From: an uncultured Clostridia bacterium
GTDB lineage: Bacteria; Bacillota; Clostridia; Oscillospirales; CAG-272
Reading direction: 5' to 3'
NCBI GenBank assembly: GCA_947630625.1
Contig: CANRIL010000009.1
Coordinates: forward strand, 15,284-79,283
DNA length: 64,000 nt
Part shown: positions 39,445 to 48,816 of the stretch, in pieces
Layout of the letters: each line of letters begins with the position of its first letter
How positions within the stretch are numbered: the stretch's first letter is position 1
Notes under the pieces: model-generated
Told to the model about the DNA's origin: nothing
What the model saw: the letters and a program-made list of their open reading frames with translations, nothing else
Databases searched by the model: none
Position numbers and translations under genes: made by a program

Positions 39445-40067
39445 CCCCGACGCCGCCTTTCGCTCGTGAGAAACGACATGAACGTTTTCCTGTGGCATTC
39501 GGAGACGCCGTATTTGCGGATCGCTTCTTCGTGTTCTTTCGTGCAGTACGCCTTGTGCTTCGCAAATCCGTATTCGGGGTAGAGCCGGTCAAGCTCGACC
39601 ATCAACCGGTCACGGCTGACCTTCGCGAGTATCGACGCCGCGGCGATCGACGGCGAGATCGAGTCCCCGTGGACGACGGTGACGGCGCGCACCGGAAACA
39701 TCCGGGCGACGTTCCCGTCGACGAGCACGAGATCGGGGGCGGGGGAGAGCTTTGAGACGGCGCGGCGCATCGCGAGCTGCGACGCCTCAAGTATGTTAAG
39801 CTCGTCTATCTCGGCGACCGACGATTCGGCGACCGCGAAAGCGACAGCCTTTTCTGTTATGATATCGTAAAGCGCCTCCCGCTTTTTCGGGGGGAGCTTT
39901 TTTGAATCGTTCAATCCGTCGATATTGAGCCCCGGCGGAAGAATGCACGCGGCGGCGAACACGGGCCCCGCGAGGCATCCGCGCCCCGCCTCGTCCGTGC
40001 CGCAGATGAGAGCGTATCCTTCAGCCGCGTATTTTGTTTCAAGCGTATATTCAAGCATTGCAGTCAC
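39441..40067 (-). CDS. rnhB: ribonuclease HII
   Basis: [18 protein letters not shown].., DSKKL, ..[15 protein letters not shown].. Confidence 0.93.
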   Translation of the reverse strand: MTAMLEYTLETKYAAEGYALICGTDEAGRGCLAGPVFAAACILPPGLNIDGLNDSKKLPPKKREALYDIITEKAVAFAVAESSVAEIDELNILEASQLAMRRAVSKLSPAPDLVLVDGNVARMFPVRAVTVVHGDSISPSIAAASILAKVSRDRLMVELDRLYPEYGFAKHKAYCTKEHEEAIRKYGVSECHRKTFMSFLTSERRRRG

Positions 40068-40936
40068 CGCACGGGCGGGCGCTCAAGCGTGAGCCTGCCG
40101 AGCTTGCCGGAGCGATATTCGTCAAGCAGTGTAAAGGAAGTTCTTTCTGAGTCGATCTCGCCGCCCGAGATCAGAAAGCCGCGCTTTTTTCCGATCGTCA
40201 GCATCAAATCATAGTCCGACACGTCTTTAAATGATGACATGTCTCCGAGCTTGTACCGCGCGGAGAGCTCCGCCGGATACATATGGCGCAGCCTGCCGAC
40301 AAGGGCTGCGGCGAGCGTTTCCGTGTCGAGTATTTCATCCTTGATCGCGCCGGTGAACGCAAGCGACTCGCCCGTTTTTCTGTCGTCGAATTTCGGCCAG
40401 AGCACGCCGGGCGTGTCGAGCAGATTAAGTCCCGTCTTTGTCAGCACCCACTGCTTTTCGCGCGTGACGCCGGGGCGGTCCTCAGCCTTTGCCTTTTTCG
40501 CGCCGACGAGCCTGTTTATGAGCGTCGATTTGCCGACGTTTGGGATTCCCAGAATCATAACCTTGATGCGGCGTCCCGTCATCCCGCGCGCTTCCCAGTG
40601 CGCGAGCTTGTCCGACAAAAGCGAACGCAGCGCGGGCGTTATCCGCCCGGTCCCCTCGCCGGTCACGGAATCTATCAAAAGCGGCGACTGACCGAGAGAT
40701 TTATAATACGCGAGCCATTCTTCGTTTGCCGCCGGGTCTGAAAGGGTCGATTTATTGAGCAGAATTATCGACGGCTTTCCCGCGAGCAGCTTTTTGATGT
40801 CCGGATTGCGCGAAGACTGTGGGATGCGCGCGTCAAGCAGCTCAAGGCAGGCGTCGACCTGTTTTAGATCCTCGGCTATCTGGCGGCGCGTTTTCGCCAT
40901 GTGACCGGGGAACCACTGTATGTTTTCGCCCGGCAT
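40064..40936 (-). CDS. rbgA: ribosome biogenesis GTPase A (YlqF/RbgA)
   Basis: Circularly permuted GTPase: [41 protein letters not shown]. Confidence 0.93.
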   Translation of the reverse strand: MPGENIQWFPGHMAKTRRQIAEDLKQVDACLELLDARIPQSSRNPDIKKLLAGKPSIILLNKSTLSDPAANEEWLAYYKSLGQSPLLIDSVTGEGTGRITPALRSLLSDKLAHWEARGMTGRRIKVMILGIPNVGKSTLINRLVGAKKAKAEDRPGVTREKQWVLTKTGLNLLDTPGVLWPKFDDRKTGESLAFTGAIKDEILDTETLAAALVGRLRHMYPAELSARYKLGDMSSFKDVSDYDLMLTIGKKRGFLISGGEIDSERTSFTLLDEYRSGKLGRLTLERPPVR

Positions 40937-42051
40937 TATTCAAACCTTCCGAAAATTTTGAATTCGTTCAGCGGGAACACGCGCATTATGACGCGCCCGA
41001 ACACTGTCCGCTCGTCGACAACGCCCATGTCGGAGAATCGGCTGTCCGTCGAGTGGTTGCGGTTGTCTCCCATCACAAAGAGTTCGCCTTCGCCGAGCGT
41101 GATCGGGAATTTGATGTCCGCCGTCCTCACGGCGTCACGGGCGAGATATAAGTATTTGCTTTCGTCAATGACCTCGCCGTCGACAGTGACGGTCCAGGTT
41201 TCAAAATTGATGTCGACCGTCTGTCCCTCGGTCGCAATAACGCGCTTTACGACCGCGTCATCGCCGAGCCATGTTCCGAGCTTCTGGAATACGACGATGT
41301 CGCCGTATTTCGGCTCAAACGCGATGTCGGACACGATCAGGATGTCATTCTGATAAAGCGTCTGTTCCATCGAGCTGCCGGATACGACGGCGAGCCTGAC
41401 AAGCAGCGTAAACACGAGGACTATCGAGCAAAAGCCGACGACAAGCGCCTCCGCGCAGTCATAGAGCACGGCGGGGAAGCCCTCGTCTTCTTCCTCCTCG
41501 TCCACCGCCACTCCCATTTCTTCATCATCAAACGCGATCGGCTTGTAAGCCATGCCGGGAACCGCCTGATCATCGTTCTCGTCCTCGGCGGGCACGACCG
41601 GCATATTCCCGCGGTTCATCCCGCGCGCCGTGCCAACGTTATCATCACCGGGCACTACCGGCGCATTCCCGCGGCTCACCCCGCGCGCCGTGCCAACGTT
41701 ATCATTACCGGGCACGACCGGCGCGTTCCCGCGGTTCACACCGCGCGCCGCACCGATATTGCCATCGCCGGGCACGCCTGACGGCGCGCTTCTGCGGCTC
41801 GCACCGCGTACAGCGCCTGCATTGTCCTCACCGGCGCGAGGCGACGCCCTGCGGTCGCTGAATTCGTCGTCGTCAAACTCGTCGCGGACGATTTTTCTTA
41901 TGCCTGTTCTCGTCTCCGGGGCGGGGGAGGTGCTCCGTGCGGCTCCCGGAGCCGCGCCGGGTGTCGGTCTGCCGCCCCTGACTCTGTCCTCTATATCGTT
42001 AACGCCGCTTTCGCGGCCGGGAGTATCATTTCTGTTTATGCCATTGTTCAT
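40936..42051 (-). CDS. lepB: signal peptidase I with a long repetitive N-terminal extension
   Basis: A TM segment is followed by catalytic SGSSMEQTL, GDIVVF, KRVIATEG and GDNRNHSTDSR. The start is ATG 42051 (AGGAG 13 nt upstream) or GTG 42078 (no RBS). The stop overlaps the rbgA start by 1 nt. Confidence 0.85.
   Translation of the reverse strand: MNNGINRNDTPGRESGVNDIEDRVRGGRPTPGAAPGAARSTSPAPETRTGIRKIVRDEFDDDEFSDRRASPRAGEDNAGAVRGASRRSAPSGVPGDGNIGAARGVNRGNAPVVPGNDNVGTARGVSRGNAPVVPGDDNVGTARGMNRGNMPVVPAEDENDDQAVPGMAYKPIAFDDEEMGVAVDEEEEDEGFPAVLYDCAEALVVGFCSIVLVFTLLVRLAVVSGSSMEQTLYQNDILIVSDIAFEPKYGDIVVFQKLGTWLGDDAVVKRVIATEGQTVDINFETWTVTVDGEVIDESKYLYLARDAVRTADIKFPITLGEGELFVMGDNRNHSTDSRFSDMGVVDERTVFGRVIMRVFPLNEFKIFGRFE
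41581..41800. repeat. 60-bp tandem repeat (about 3.5 units) inside the lepB N-terminal extension
   Basis: The period is exactly 60 bp (41581, 41641, 41701, 41761). Units are more than 85% identical and encode GNAPVVPG(N/D)DNVGTARG(V/M)(S/N)R. Confidence 0.9.
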
Positions 42052-42085
42052 TATGCCGTCAACGCTCCTTTCATTCACTTTTATT

Positions 42086-42114
42086 ATTTTAACATAATGA
42101 AGGATAAATTACAA
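42086..42114 (-). promoter_or_regulatory. candidate promoter of lepB
   Basis: On the minus strand: TTGTAA (42114-42109), 17-nt spacer ending TGt, TAAAAT (42091-42086). This predicts a start near 42078 and favours ATG 42051 as the initiation codon. Confidence 0.4.
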
Positions 42115-42167
42115 TCACTTTTTCGATTCTATATTTGTGAAACAGTAAAAAATTTCTTAAAAAACTC

Positions 42168-42196
42168 TTGCCATGCGCGGTTTTTTATGATATAAT
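42168..42196 (+). promoter_or_regulatory. sigma-A-type promoter of rplS
   Basis: TTGCCA (42168-42173), 17-nt spacer, extended -10 TGaTATAAT (hexamer at 42191-42196). Confidence 0.6.
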
Positions 42197-42202
42197 CAAA
42201 AC

Positions 42203-42286
42203 CGTGTGCGGCAAAGCACACCGAGGCGGTCCGCTGCCGCTCTGCATGAACGTCTCGATATCGCAAGAAAAGGATAGGTCAGAAGG
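42203..42286 (+). promoter_or_regulatory. structured 5' leader of rplS (possible L19-leader autoregulatory element)
   Basis: An ~84-nt leader carrying the hairpin GTGTGC-ggcaaa-GCACAC. L19 leaders are described upstream of rplS in Firmicutes. Family membership was not verified. Confidence 0.3.
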
Positions 42287-42631
42287 ATGAACAACAAGAT
42301 CGACATGCTTGTCAATGAGCAGATGAAGACCGAAGTTCCTCAGTTCAACATTGGAGACACCGTAAGGGTCTACAACAGGATCAAAGAGGGACAGAGAGTT
42401 CGTACCCAGATTTTTGAAGGTACGGTTATCGGCCGCCGCGGGGGCGGGATCTCCGAGACGTTCAAGGTTCGCCGCGTCGCTTACGGCTGCGGCGTCGAAA
42501 AGACGTTCCCGATCCATTCTCCCAACGTGGAAAAGGTAGAGGTTATCAGGCGCGGTAAAGTTCGCCGTGCGAAGCTCTATTATCTCCGCGACAGAGTCGG
42601 CAAGAGCTCCAAGGTCAAAGAGCGCATCTGA
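42287..42631 (+). CDS. rplS: 50S ribosomal protein L19
   Basis: ..[47 protein letters not shown].. is the L19 signature. Confidence 0.96.
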   Translation: MNNKIDMLVNEQMKTEVPQFNIGDTVRVYNRIKEGQRVRTQIFEGTVIGRRGGGISETFKVRRVAYGCGVEKTFPIHSPNVEKVEVIRRGKVRRAKLYYLRDRVGKSSKVKERI

Positions 42632-42648
42632 CGAATCCGAAAAAGAAC

Positions 42649-42675
42649 GGCATCACCCCGGTGGTGCCTTTTTTC
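42649..42675 (+). terminator. rho-independent terminator after rplS
   Basis: GGCATCA-ccccgg-TGGTGCC followed by T6. Confidence 0.7.
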
Positions 42676-42806
42676 GTGCTTTTCCGACATTTTGACCTTG
42701 TGGCGGCGCTCGATTTATGGTACAATCTATTCGTAAGTGTTTCGCATATAGAGGGCGACGCCGCAAATATATATAAACGTATCCGAACGGCGGGAGGTGA
42801 GCTGAC

Positions 42807-44312
42807 ATGGTAAAAAAACTGTTTAATATAATGCTGTCGCTGCTCCTGCTTATGTCCGCGCTCACCTCATGCAGCCAAAAAACAGAAGAGCCCCCCGACA
42901 CCGTGACGACGGAATACAGCGAGCCGGTGCGCGAGGTGCGCGGGATATATATCGCGACCGTATACAATATCGATTTTCCGAGCAAACGCGGCATGTCAGA
43001 GGACGAACTGAAGGAAGAACTCGACCGGATAATAGAGCTGACCGGACAAATCGGCTGCAACGCCGTTTATTTTCAGGTGCGCGGCGCTGCCGACGCGATG
43101 TACGATTCAAAAATATTTCCGGTCTCCGAATACCTGACCGGCGAAAAGGACGGCGAGCTGCCGGACGGCTTTGACCCGCTTTCATATCTGATCGAGCACG
43201 CGCACAGCAAAAATATAGACGTTCACGCGTGGGTCAATCCCTTACGTGTGACGCGCGGGGGCAGCGTCAAAAAGCCGAAAACGGTCGACGATCTGCCGCT
43301 GACAAGCCCGGCGCGCACCTCGCCCGAGCTGACCGTTTCATACGCGGGCGAGATATATTTTGACGCTGGAAATCCTGACGCAAGAGAGCTGATAGCCGAC
43401 GGCGTGCGCGAGGTCGTCGAAAATTACGACGTTGACGGCGTGCTGTTTGACGACTATTTTTATCCTTATCCCGTCGACGGCTGCACGTTTGACGACGCTT
43501 TGACGTATGAAAAATACGGCGGCGGGAAAGAGCTCGGCGACTGGCGGCGAGAGAACATAAATAAAATGGTGAAGTCGTGCTTTGACGCCGTTAAATCCGC
43601 CGACCCGGATTGCGCGTTCGGGATCGCGCCGTGCGGCATTTGGCAGAACGACGACGGCGAAAACGGTGGCAGCGCGACGCGCGGGTTTGAAGCTTACGAG
43701 TCGATATACTGTGACACGCTCGCGTGGGTGCGAGGCGGCTATGTAGATTATGTCGCGCCGCAGATATATTGGAATTTCGGGCACAAAAGCGCGCCTTACG
43801 CAGTCCTTGCCGACTGGTGGTGCGCGCAGCTCGACGGGACGGGGGTCGATTTTCTCATTAGCCACGCCGCGTACAAATACGGCACGGACGAATGGGGATT
43901 TGCCGGCGCGGTCGACGAGATGAAGGAACAGATCGGGTACGCGCGCGAGCTCATATCTTACGGCGGAAGTATATTTTACGGGTTTTCAGAGATAAGGGAC
44001 GACGTTGACGGTCTCGCCGGGGAAATATCCGAATGTTATACGGAAGAAACTACGTATCAGCGCCCGCTGCCGTCGGACGGGGAGATTTATATCGTCGACC
44101 CGGAATCAGGCACGAAAATTGACTCTTCAACCGTGACGATACACGGAAAAAGCGCGGCAGGCGCGCCCGTCACATGCGACGGGGCACCCGTCTGCCGTCG
44201 GCGCGGCGGAGATTTTTATCTGACCGTGCAGCTCAAACAGGGGAAGAACAGCTTTGTTTTCCGGTCGGGAGAGTGTGAGCTCGAATACGTCCTGACATAC
44301 AGTCCGGAATAA
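42807..44312 (+). CDS. lipoprotein, glycoside-hydrolase-like family 10 (GHL10/DUF187, YngK-like)
   Basis: Lipobox signal MVKKLFNIMLSLLLLMSALTSC. VRGIYIATVYNIDFPS...CNAVYFQVRGAADAMY.S.IFP.SEYLTG is typical of GHL10. Confidence 0.8.
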   Translation: MVKKLFNIMLSLLLLMSALTSCSQKTEEPPDTVTTEYSEPVREVRGIYIATVYNIDFPSKRGMSEDELKEELDRIIELTGQIGCNAVYFQVRGAADAMYDSKIFPVSEYLTGEKDGELPDGFDPLSYLIEHAHSKNIDVHAWVNPLRVTRGGSVKKPKTVDDLPLTSPARTSPELTVSYAGEIYFDAGNPDARELIADGVREVVENYDVDGVLFDDYFYPYPVDGCTFDDALTYEKYGGGKELGDWRRENINKMVKSCFDAVKSADPDCAFGIAPCGIWQNDDGENGGSATRGFEAYESIYCDTLAWVRGGYVDYVAPQIYWNFGHKSAPYAVLADWWCAQLDGTGVDFLISHAAYKYGTDEWGFAGAVDEMKEQIGYARELISYGGSIFYGFSEIRDDVDGLAGEISECYTEETTYQRPLPSDGEIYIVDPESGTKIDSSTVTIHGKSAAGAPVTCDGAPVCRRRGGDFYLTVQLKQGKNSFVFRSGECELEYVLTYSPE

Positions 44313-44339
44313 TGTCGCCTTTTGAGCGGTAATTTTTAG

Positions 44340-44432
44340 CTGTCCGTTCAAGCGGGAAGGGGCAAGAACAGCTTCATTTTCAGGTCGGGAGAATGCGAGC
44401 TTGAATACACCCTGACATACAGTTCGGACTAA
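44340..44432 (+). pseudogene. relic second copy of the GHL10 gene 3' end (30 codons + stop), 120 bp downstream of the original
   Basis: 44340-44432 aligns codon for codon with 44220-44312 (LSVQAGRGKNSFIFRSGECELEYTLTYSSD* vs LTVQLKQGKNSFVFRSGECELEYVLTYSPE*). It is preceded by an in-frame TAG. Similarity continues ~16 nt past both stops. Confidence 0.6.
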
Positions 44433-44477
44433 TATCGCCTTTTGAGCCGAAAATGTGGATTTTGCCACAAAATGTTG

Positions 44478-44506
44478 TTGCATTATTCATGAAAGTGTGA
44501 TATACT
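44478..44506 (+). promoter_or_regulatory. sigma-A-type promoter of the sugar transferase gene
   Basis: TTGCAT (44478-44483), 17-nt spacer ending TGa, TATACT (44501-44506). Confidence 0.5.
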
Positions 44507-44597
44507 GTGTTCTGTGCAGTGAGTCGTGCTGTTATTTGTCGAACTACGCTGCCGTAAAAATAATATTTTGACAGATATTCCAAACGAGGAAGTTCCA

Positions 44598-45302
44598 ATG
44601 GATATAAAAGATGCAGTCGGGGAGAAGGAGACTGTCGAGGCGGAAGAGACCGCCGGCAACGTCCAGCTTCTCACCGAGACGGAAGTCAGACAGCGGCGCG
44701 GATATTTGTTTGCAAAAAGGACATTTGACATCGTCGTTTCATTCCTCGCCCTCGTCGTCCTGTTTCCGTTCCTTTTGATTTTTGCTTTGGCAATAGTCAT
44801 AGACGACCCGAAGGGGTCGCCGATTTTTGCCCAGACACGTAAGGGCAAGAACGGCAAACCGTTTAAGCTTTATAAATTCCGTTCAATGGTAGTTGACGCA
44901 GAAAAACAGCTTGACGATCTGCTTGACAAGAATGAAATGACAGGTCCCGTGTTCAAGATCAAGGACGACCCGAGGATCACGCGGGTCGGCAAGTTTTACA
45001 GGCGGGCGAGCATAGACGAGCTGCCGCAGCTCTGGAATGTGCTCAAGGGCGACATGAGCTTTGTCGGGCCGAGACCGCCGCTGCCGCGCGAGGTCGATCA
45101 ATATAACGAATATCAGATGCAGCGGCTGGCTGTCAAGCCCGGGTTGACGTGCTACTGGCAGATCATGCCGGAGCGAAACGACATTCAGTTTGACGAATGG
45201 CTTGAGCTTGATTTGAAGTACATACGTGAAAGAAGCGTTCTGGTCGATTTAAAGATATTCTTTAAAACTATCGGTGCTGTCCTTCACATGGGCGGAAGAT
45301 AA
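44598..45302 (+). CDS. undecaprenyl-phosphate sugar phosphotransferase (Bac_transf family, WbaP/EpsL-like)
   Basis: KRTFDIVVSFLALVVLFP..PIFAQTR.GKNGKPFKLYKFRSM..DPRITRVGKFYRRASIDELPQLWNVLKGDMSFVGPRP. ATG 44598 has GAGGA 7 nt upstream. Confidence 0.88.
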   Translation: MDIKDAVGEKETVEAEETAGNVQLLTETEVRQRRGYLFAKRTFDIVVSFLALVVLFPFLLIFALAIVIDDPKGSPIFAQTRKGKNGKPFKLYKFRSMVVDAEKQLDDLLDKNEMTGPVFKIKDDPRITRVGKFYRRASIDELPQLWNVLKGDMSFVGPRPPLPREVDQYNEYQMQRLAVKPGLTCYWQIMPERNDIQFDEWLELDLKYIRERSVLVDLKIFFKTIGAVLHMGGR

Positions 45303-45318
45303 AATTTCAATAAAATAC

Positions 45319-45357
45319 CGGCGGGGATGGAGTAAACGAATCCATCCCCGCCGTTTT
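45319..45357. terminator. bidirectional terminator between convergent genes
   Basis: A 13-bp stem CGGCGGGGATGGA-gtaaacgaa-TCCATCCCCGCCG followed by TTTT. Confidence 0.7.
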
Positions 45358-45371
45358 CGCGTGTTTATTTT

Positions 45372-46112
45372 TCAGCTTTTTCTGCCGCGCTCGGATTCGT
45401 GCCAGCCGTCGATGCCGGAACGCTCTATCGCGCCGAAAATGCGCGTTCTGATCCCGCGGTAGTCGCTGTCTATCGAATCGAGCAGCCGCTTCATTGATTC
45501 GCGCTCCGTCTTTTTGTCGGCGGGGCATGCGCTTTTGACGACGGGAAGCCCGAGAGACTCAACAAGACTGCGCGACTCATACTCCCGGACGTATATAAGC
45601 GGGCGGATCATATATAAGTCGCGGCGTGAAAGGTATGTAACGGGCTCGAATGTGCTGAGCCTGCCCTCGTGAACGAGATTGAGCATGAACGTGTCAACAA
45701 CGTCGTCATAGTGATGCCCGAGCGCGAGCTTGTTGCCGCCGCGCGCCTTAACCTCGCCGTGAAGCGCGCCCCGACGCAGCTTGGCGCACAGCGAGCACGG
45801 ATTTTTTTCCTGCCTGACCTCGAAGATCAGCTTGCCTATCTCGGTTTTGACCGTGTAATACGGAACGCCGAGCGAGCGGCAAAGCTCCGAGATCGGGGAA
45901 AAATCCATGTCTTCAAATCCCATGTCGACCGTGACGGCAAAGAGATTGAAATCTATCCCGGCAAATCGGCGCAGCTCAGCGAGGGCGGCGAGCAGCAGCG
46001 TCGAATCCTTGCCCCCGGACATGCCGACGGCAACGCTGTCGCCGTTTTCTATCATATTATAATCTGTGACCGCGCGGCGCACGGCGCCGAGCAGATGCTG
46101 AAATTCTTCCAT
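45372..46112 (-). CDS. ttcA: PP-loop ATPase, TtcA-like tRNA 2-thiocytidine biosynthesis protein
   Basis: PP-loop VAVGMSGGKDS, CSLCAKLRRG, LALGHHYDD. Confidence 0.85.
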   Translation of the reverse strand: MEEFQHLLGAVRRAVTDYNMIENGDSVAVGMSGGKDSTLLLAALAELRRFAGIDFNLFAVTVDMGFEDMDFSPISELCRSLGVPYYTVKTEIGKLIFEVRQEKNPCSLCAKLRRGALHGEVKARGGNKLALGHHYDDVVDTFMLNLVHEGRLSTFEPVTYLSRRDLYMIRPLIYVREYESRSLVESLGLPVVKSACPADKKTERESMKRLLDSIDSDYRGIRTRIFGAIERSGIDGWHESERGRKS

Positions 46113-46223
46113 AACCTCGGCTCACCCCTTCCTTGAAGCACAAAAAGCGCACAGTTTCTCCCCAAGACGGCGTTTGCCGCATATTATATAATAAATACCT
46201 TGTCAAAACGGAGAGTAGGGAGA

Positions 46224-46784
46224 ATGATAAAGATATTCATCGATCAGGGACATAATCCGCAGAACCCGAATTCGGGCGCTGAGGGAAACGGCTATCGCGA
46301 ACAGGACCTCGTTTACGAGATCGGGATCAGGACGGCCGACCTTCTGCGGGAGGACGGGAACTTTGACGTTCGCGTGTCGCGCCCGACGCCGACGACCCAG
46401 CTTGGCACTAGCAACGCGTCAAGCCTGCGCGCGCGCGTCGACGCCGCGAATTCATGGGGCGCCGAATGGTTCATCAGCCTGCACGCGAACGCGTCCGATC
46501 TGCCGTCCGCCACGGGGACGGAGGGGTACGTGTATTCGCTCTTGTCCGCCGCGTACCCGCTGGCTGTCGATATAGTTGAATCCGTCTCGGAGGCGACGGG
46601 CGAGCCGAACCGCGGAGTATTCGCGAGGCCGACGCTTTACGTGCTCCGCCGCACGTCGATGCCCGCGACGCTGATAGAGCTCGGATTCATCACGAATTAC
46701 GGCGAGGCGACGCTGATGGCGGAGAGCCCCGGACTTTACGCTCGCGCGATCTACCGCGGAATATTGCGCTTTTTCAACCTTTGA
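46224..46784 (+). CDS. N-acetylmuramoyl-L-alanine amidase (Amidase_3 family), no signal peptide
   Basis: IFIDQGHN..GAEGNGYREQDL.., ISLHANAS, ..ELGFITN... ATG 46224 has GGGAGA upstream. Confidence 0.85.
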   Translation: MIKIFIDQGHNPQNPNSGAEGNGYREQDLVYEIGIRTADLLREDGNFDVRVSRPTPTTQLGTSNASSLRARVDAANSWGAEWFISLHANASDLPSATGTEGYVYSLLSAAYPLAVDIVESVSEATGEPNRGVFARPTLYVLRRTSMPATLIELGFITNYGEATLMAESPGLYARAIYRGILRFFNL

Positions 46785-48816
46785 CCGGCGTCTGACCGAT
46801 CATCGCCAAAAGCTCCTCTTCACCTATCACGGGGACGCCGAGCGCGTTCGCGCGGTCGAGCTTTGACCCGGCGGCGTCCCCGGCGACGACGTAGCTCGTC
46901 TTTTTTGAGACGGAGGACGAAACTTTTCCGCCCGCCGATTTTATAAGCTCGGACGCCTCGTCCCGCGTCATCGTCGGCAGCGTGCCGGTCAGCACGAACG
47001 TGAGCCCGGAGAGCGTGTCGGCGCGCGGGGCCGCGTCCGTCATCTCCATGACGACGCCTGCGGCGCGCAGCTTTTCGATATAGTCAAGGTTGCGCGGCTC
47101 GGCAAAGTATTCGCGGATGAGCTGCGACGTTACCTCACCTATGTCGGGAACTTCCGTCAGCTGTTCTTCGGTCGCCGAGATCAATGCGTCGATATTGCGG
47201 AACCGCTCAGCGAGCGCCGCCGCCGCGACAACGCCGACCTGCCTGATGCCGAGCGCGTATATCAGGCGGGAAAGCCCGGCGGACTTTGATTTTTCGATCG
47301 CGGCGAGCAGATTTTCCGCCGATTTTTTGCCCATCCGCTCAAGGGACGCCACATCGTCGACCCTGAGGGAATATAAATCGGAGGCGTCTTTTATCAGCCC
47401 GGAATCAATGAGCAGGGCTGTCACCGATGGGCCTAACGATTCAATATCCATCGCGGCGCGCTCGGCAAAATGCTCGATGTTGCGGGCGCGCTGGGCGGGG
47501 CAGAGCGCGTTTATGCAGCGGACGATCCCGCCGCCGTCGGCGTCCTCATCCGCGTCGTCATGAACGAGCGGCTCCCCGCACGACGGGCAGACCTCCGGCA
47601 TTTGCCAGACAGTTTCGTTTCCCGTCCGCTCCGAGGCGACAGTTCCGACAATCTCCGGTATGATGTCGCCCGCCTTCTGTATGATCACGGTGTCGCCGAC
47701 CCTGATGTCGCGCTCGCGGATGATGTCGATGTTGTGCAGCGTCGCGCGCGACACGGTTGAACCGGCGATGCGGACGGGGGCGAGAACTGCCGTCGGCGTC
47801 AGCACGCCCGTGCGCCCGACGGCGGTGACGATATCGAGCAGCTTTGTCCGCTTCTGTTCGGGCGGGTATTTGTACGCGACAGCCCATTTCGGCGTCGTCG
47901 TCCCCTCGCCGAGAACAGTGCGGAGGGAAAGGGAGTTGACCTTTACGACCGCGCCGTCTATATCAAATGAAAGCGAGTCGCGCAGGGTGGCGATCTTTTC
48001 AATGTGCTCCGTTATCTCACTGTCATTTGACGCGACGATTTTGTGAGGCAGCACCTTGAAGCCGAGCTCTTGCATGCGGGAAAGCGTTTCCGAATGCGTT
48101 TCCGGCTCGTGCCCGTCGGCGTAAAGCGAGCCGCCCTGAAAATTGAAGACAAATATGTCGAGCCCGCGCGAGGCGGCGATTTTTGAATCGAGCTGGCGCA
48201 GGGAACCGGCGGCGGCGTTTCTCGGATTCGCCATCAGCGGACGCCCCTCAGCCTCGCGGCGTGCGTTATGCTTGTTGAACGTTTCGCGCGGCATGTAGAC
48301 CTCGCCGCGCACCGTGAGCGACAGCGGCTCCGGAAGGCGGAGTGGGATCGAGCCGATCGTCTTGAGATTTTCCGTCACGTCCTCGCCGACGCTGCCGTTC
48401 CCGCGCGTCGCGCCGACGGTGAACTCGCCGTCAACGTATGTGAGCGAGACGGAGAGCCCGTCGATCTTCGGCTCGACGGAGAAAGTGACGTTGGGGTCGA
48501 CCTCGCGGACGCGAGATGTAAACGCGCGCAGCTCGTCAAACGAGAAGACATCGGAAAGGCTTCGAAGCGGATACGTGTGGCGCACCTCGCGAAATCCCTC
48601 AAGCACCGCGCCGCCGACGCGCTTTGTCGGCGAGGTCGGCGAATCGAGCTCCGGATGCTCGGCTTCGAGCCGCAAAAGCTCCGAAAACATCGCGTCATAT
48701 TCGAAATCGCTTATCTCCGGGGAATCGAGCACATAATATCTGTGCGCGTGATATTCGATTTTGCGGCGGAGCGCTTCTATATGCTCTTTAAGTTCGTTTT
48801 TATCCGTGTTTTCCAT
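46774..48816 (-). CDS. ligA: NAD-dependent DNA ligase
   Basis: 680 aa. The KxDG adenylation motif (VEPKIDGLS), a four-Cys zinc finger, HhH repeats and a C-terminal BRCT (FVLTGTL). Confidence 0.97.
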   Translation of the reverse strand: MENTDKNELKEHIEALRRKIEYHAHRYYVLDSPEISDFEYDAMFSELLRLEAEHPELDSPTSPTKRVGGAVLEGFREVRHTYPLRSLSDVFSFDELRAFTSRVREVDPNVTFSVEPKIDGLSVSLTYVDGEFTVGATRGNGSVGEDVTENLKTIGSIPLRLPEPLSLTVRGEVYMPRETFNKHNARREAEGRPLMANPRNAAAGSLRQLDSKIAASRGLDIFVFNFQGGSLYADGHEPETHSETLSRMQELGFKVLPHKIVASNDSEITEHIEKIATLRDSLSFDIDGAVVKVNSLSLRTVLGEGTTTPKWAVAYKYPPEQKRTKLLDIVTAVGRTGVLTPTAVLAPVRIAGSTVSRATLHNIDIIRERDIRVGDTVIIQKAGDIIPEIVGTVASERTGNETVWQMPEVCPSCGEPLVHDDADEDADGGGIVRCINALCPAQRARNIEHFAERAAMDIESLGPSVTALLIDSGLIKDASDLYSLRVDDVASLERMGKKSAENLLAAIEKSKSAGLSRLIYALGIRQVGVVAAAALAERFRNIDALISATEEQLTEVPDIGEVTSQLIREYFAEPRNLDYIEKLRAAGVVMEMTDAAPRADTLSGLTFVLTGTLPTMTRDEASELIKSAGGKVSSSVSKKTSYVVAGDAAGSKLDRANALGVPVIGEEELLAMIGQTPVKG

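Noticed and set aside
44220-44448. A diversity-generating retroelement (VR at the gene 3' end, TR just downstream).
   Set aside because: Differences between the copies are not confined to adenine positions of one copy (c/t, g/a, t/c and g/c changes all occur). There is also no reverse transcriptase or accessory gene anywhere in the window.
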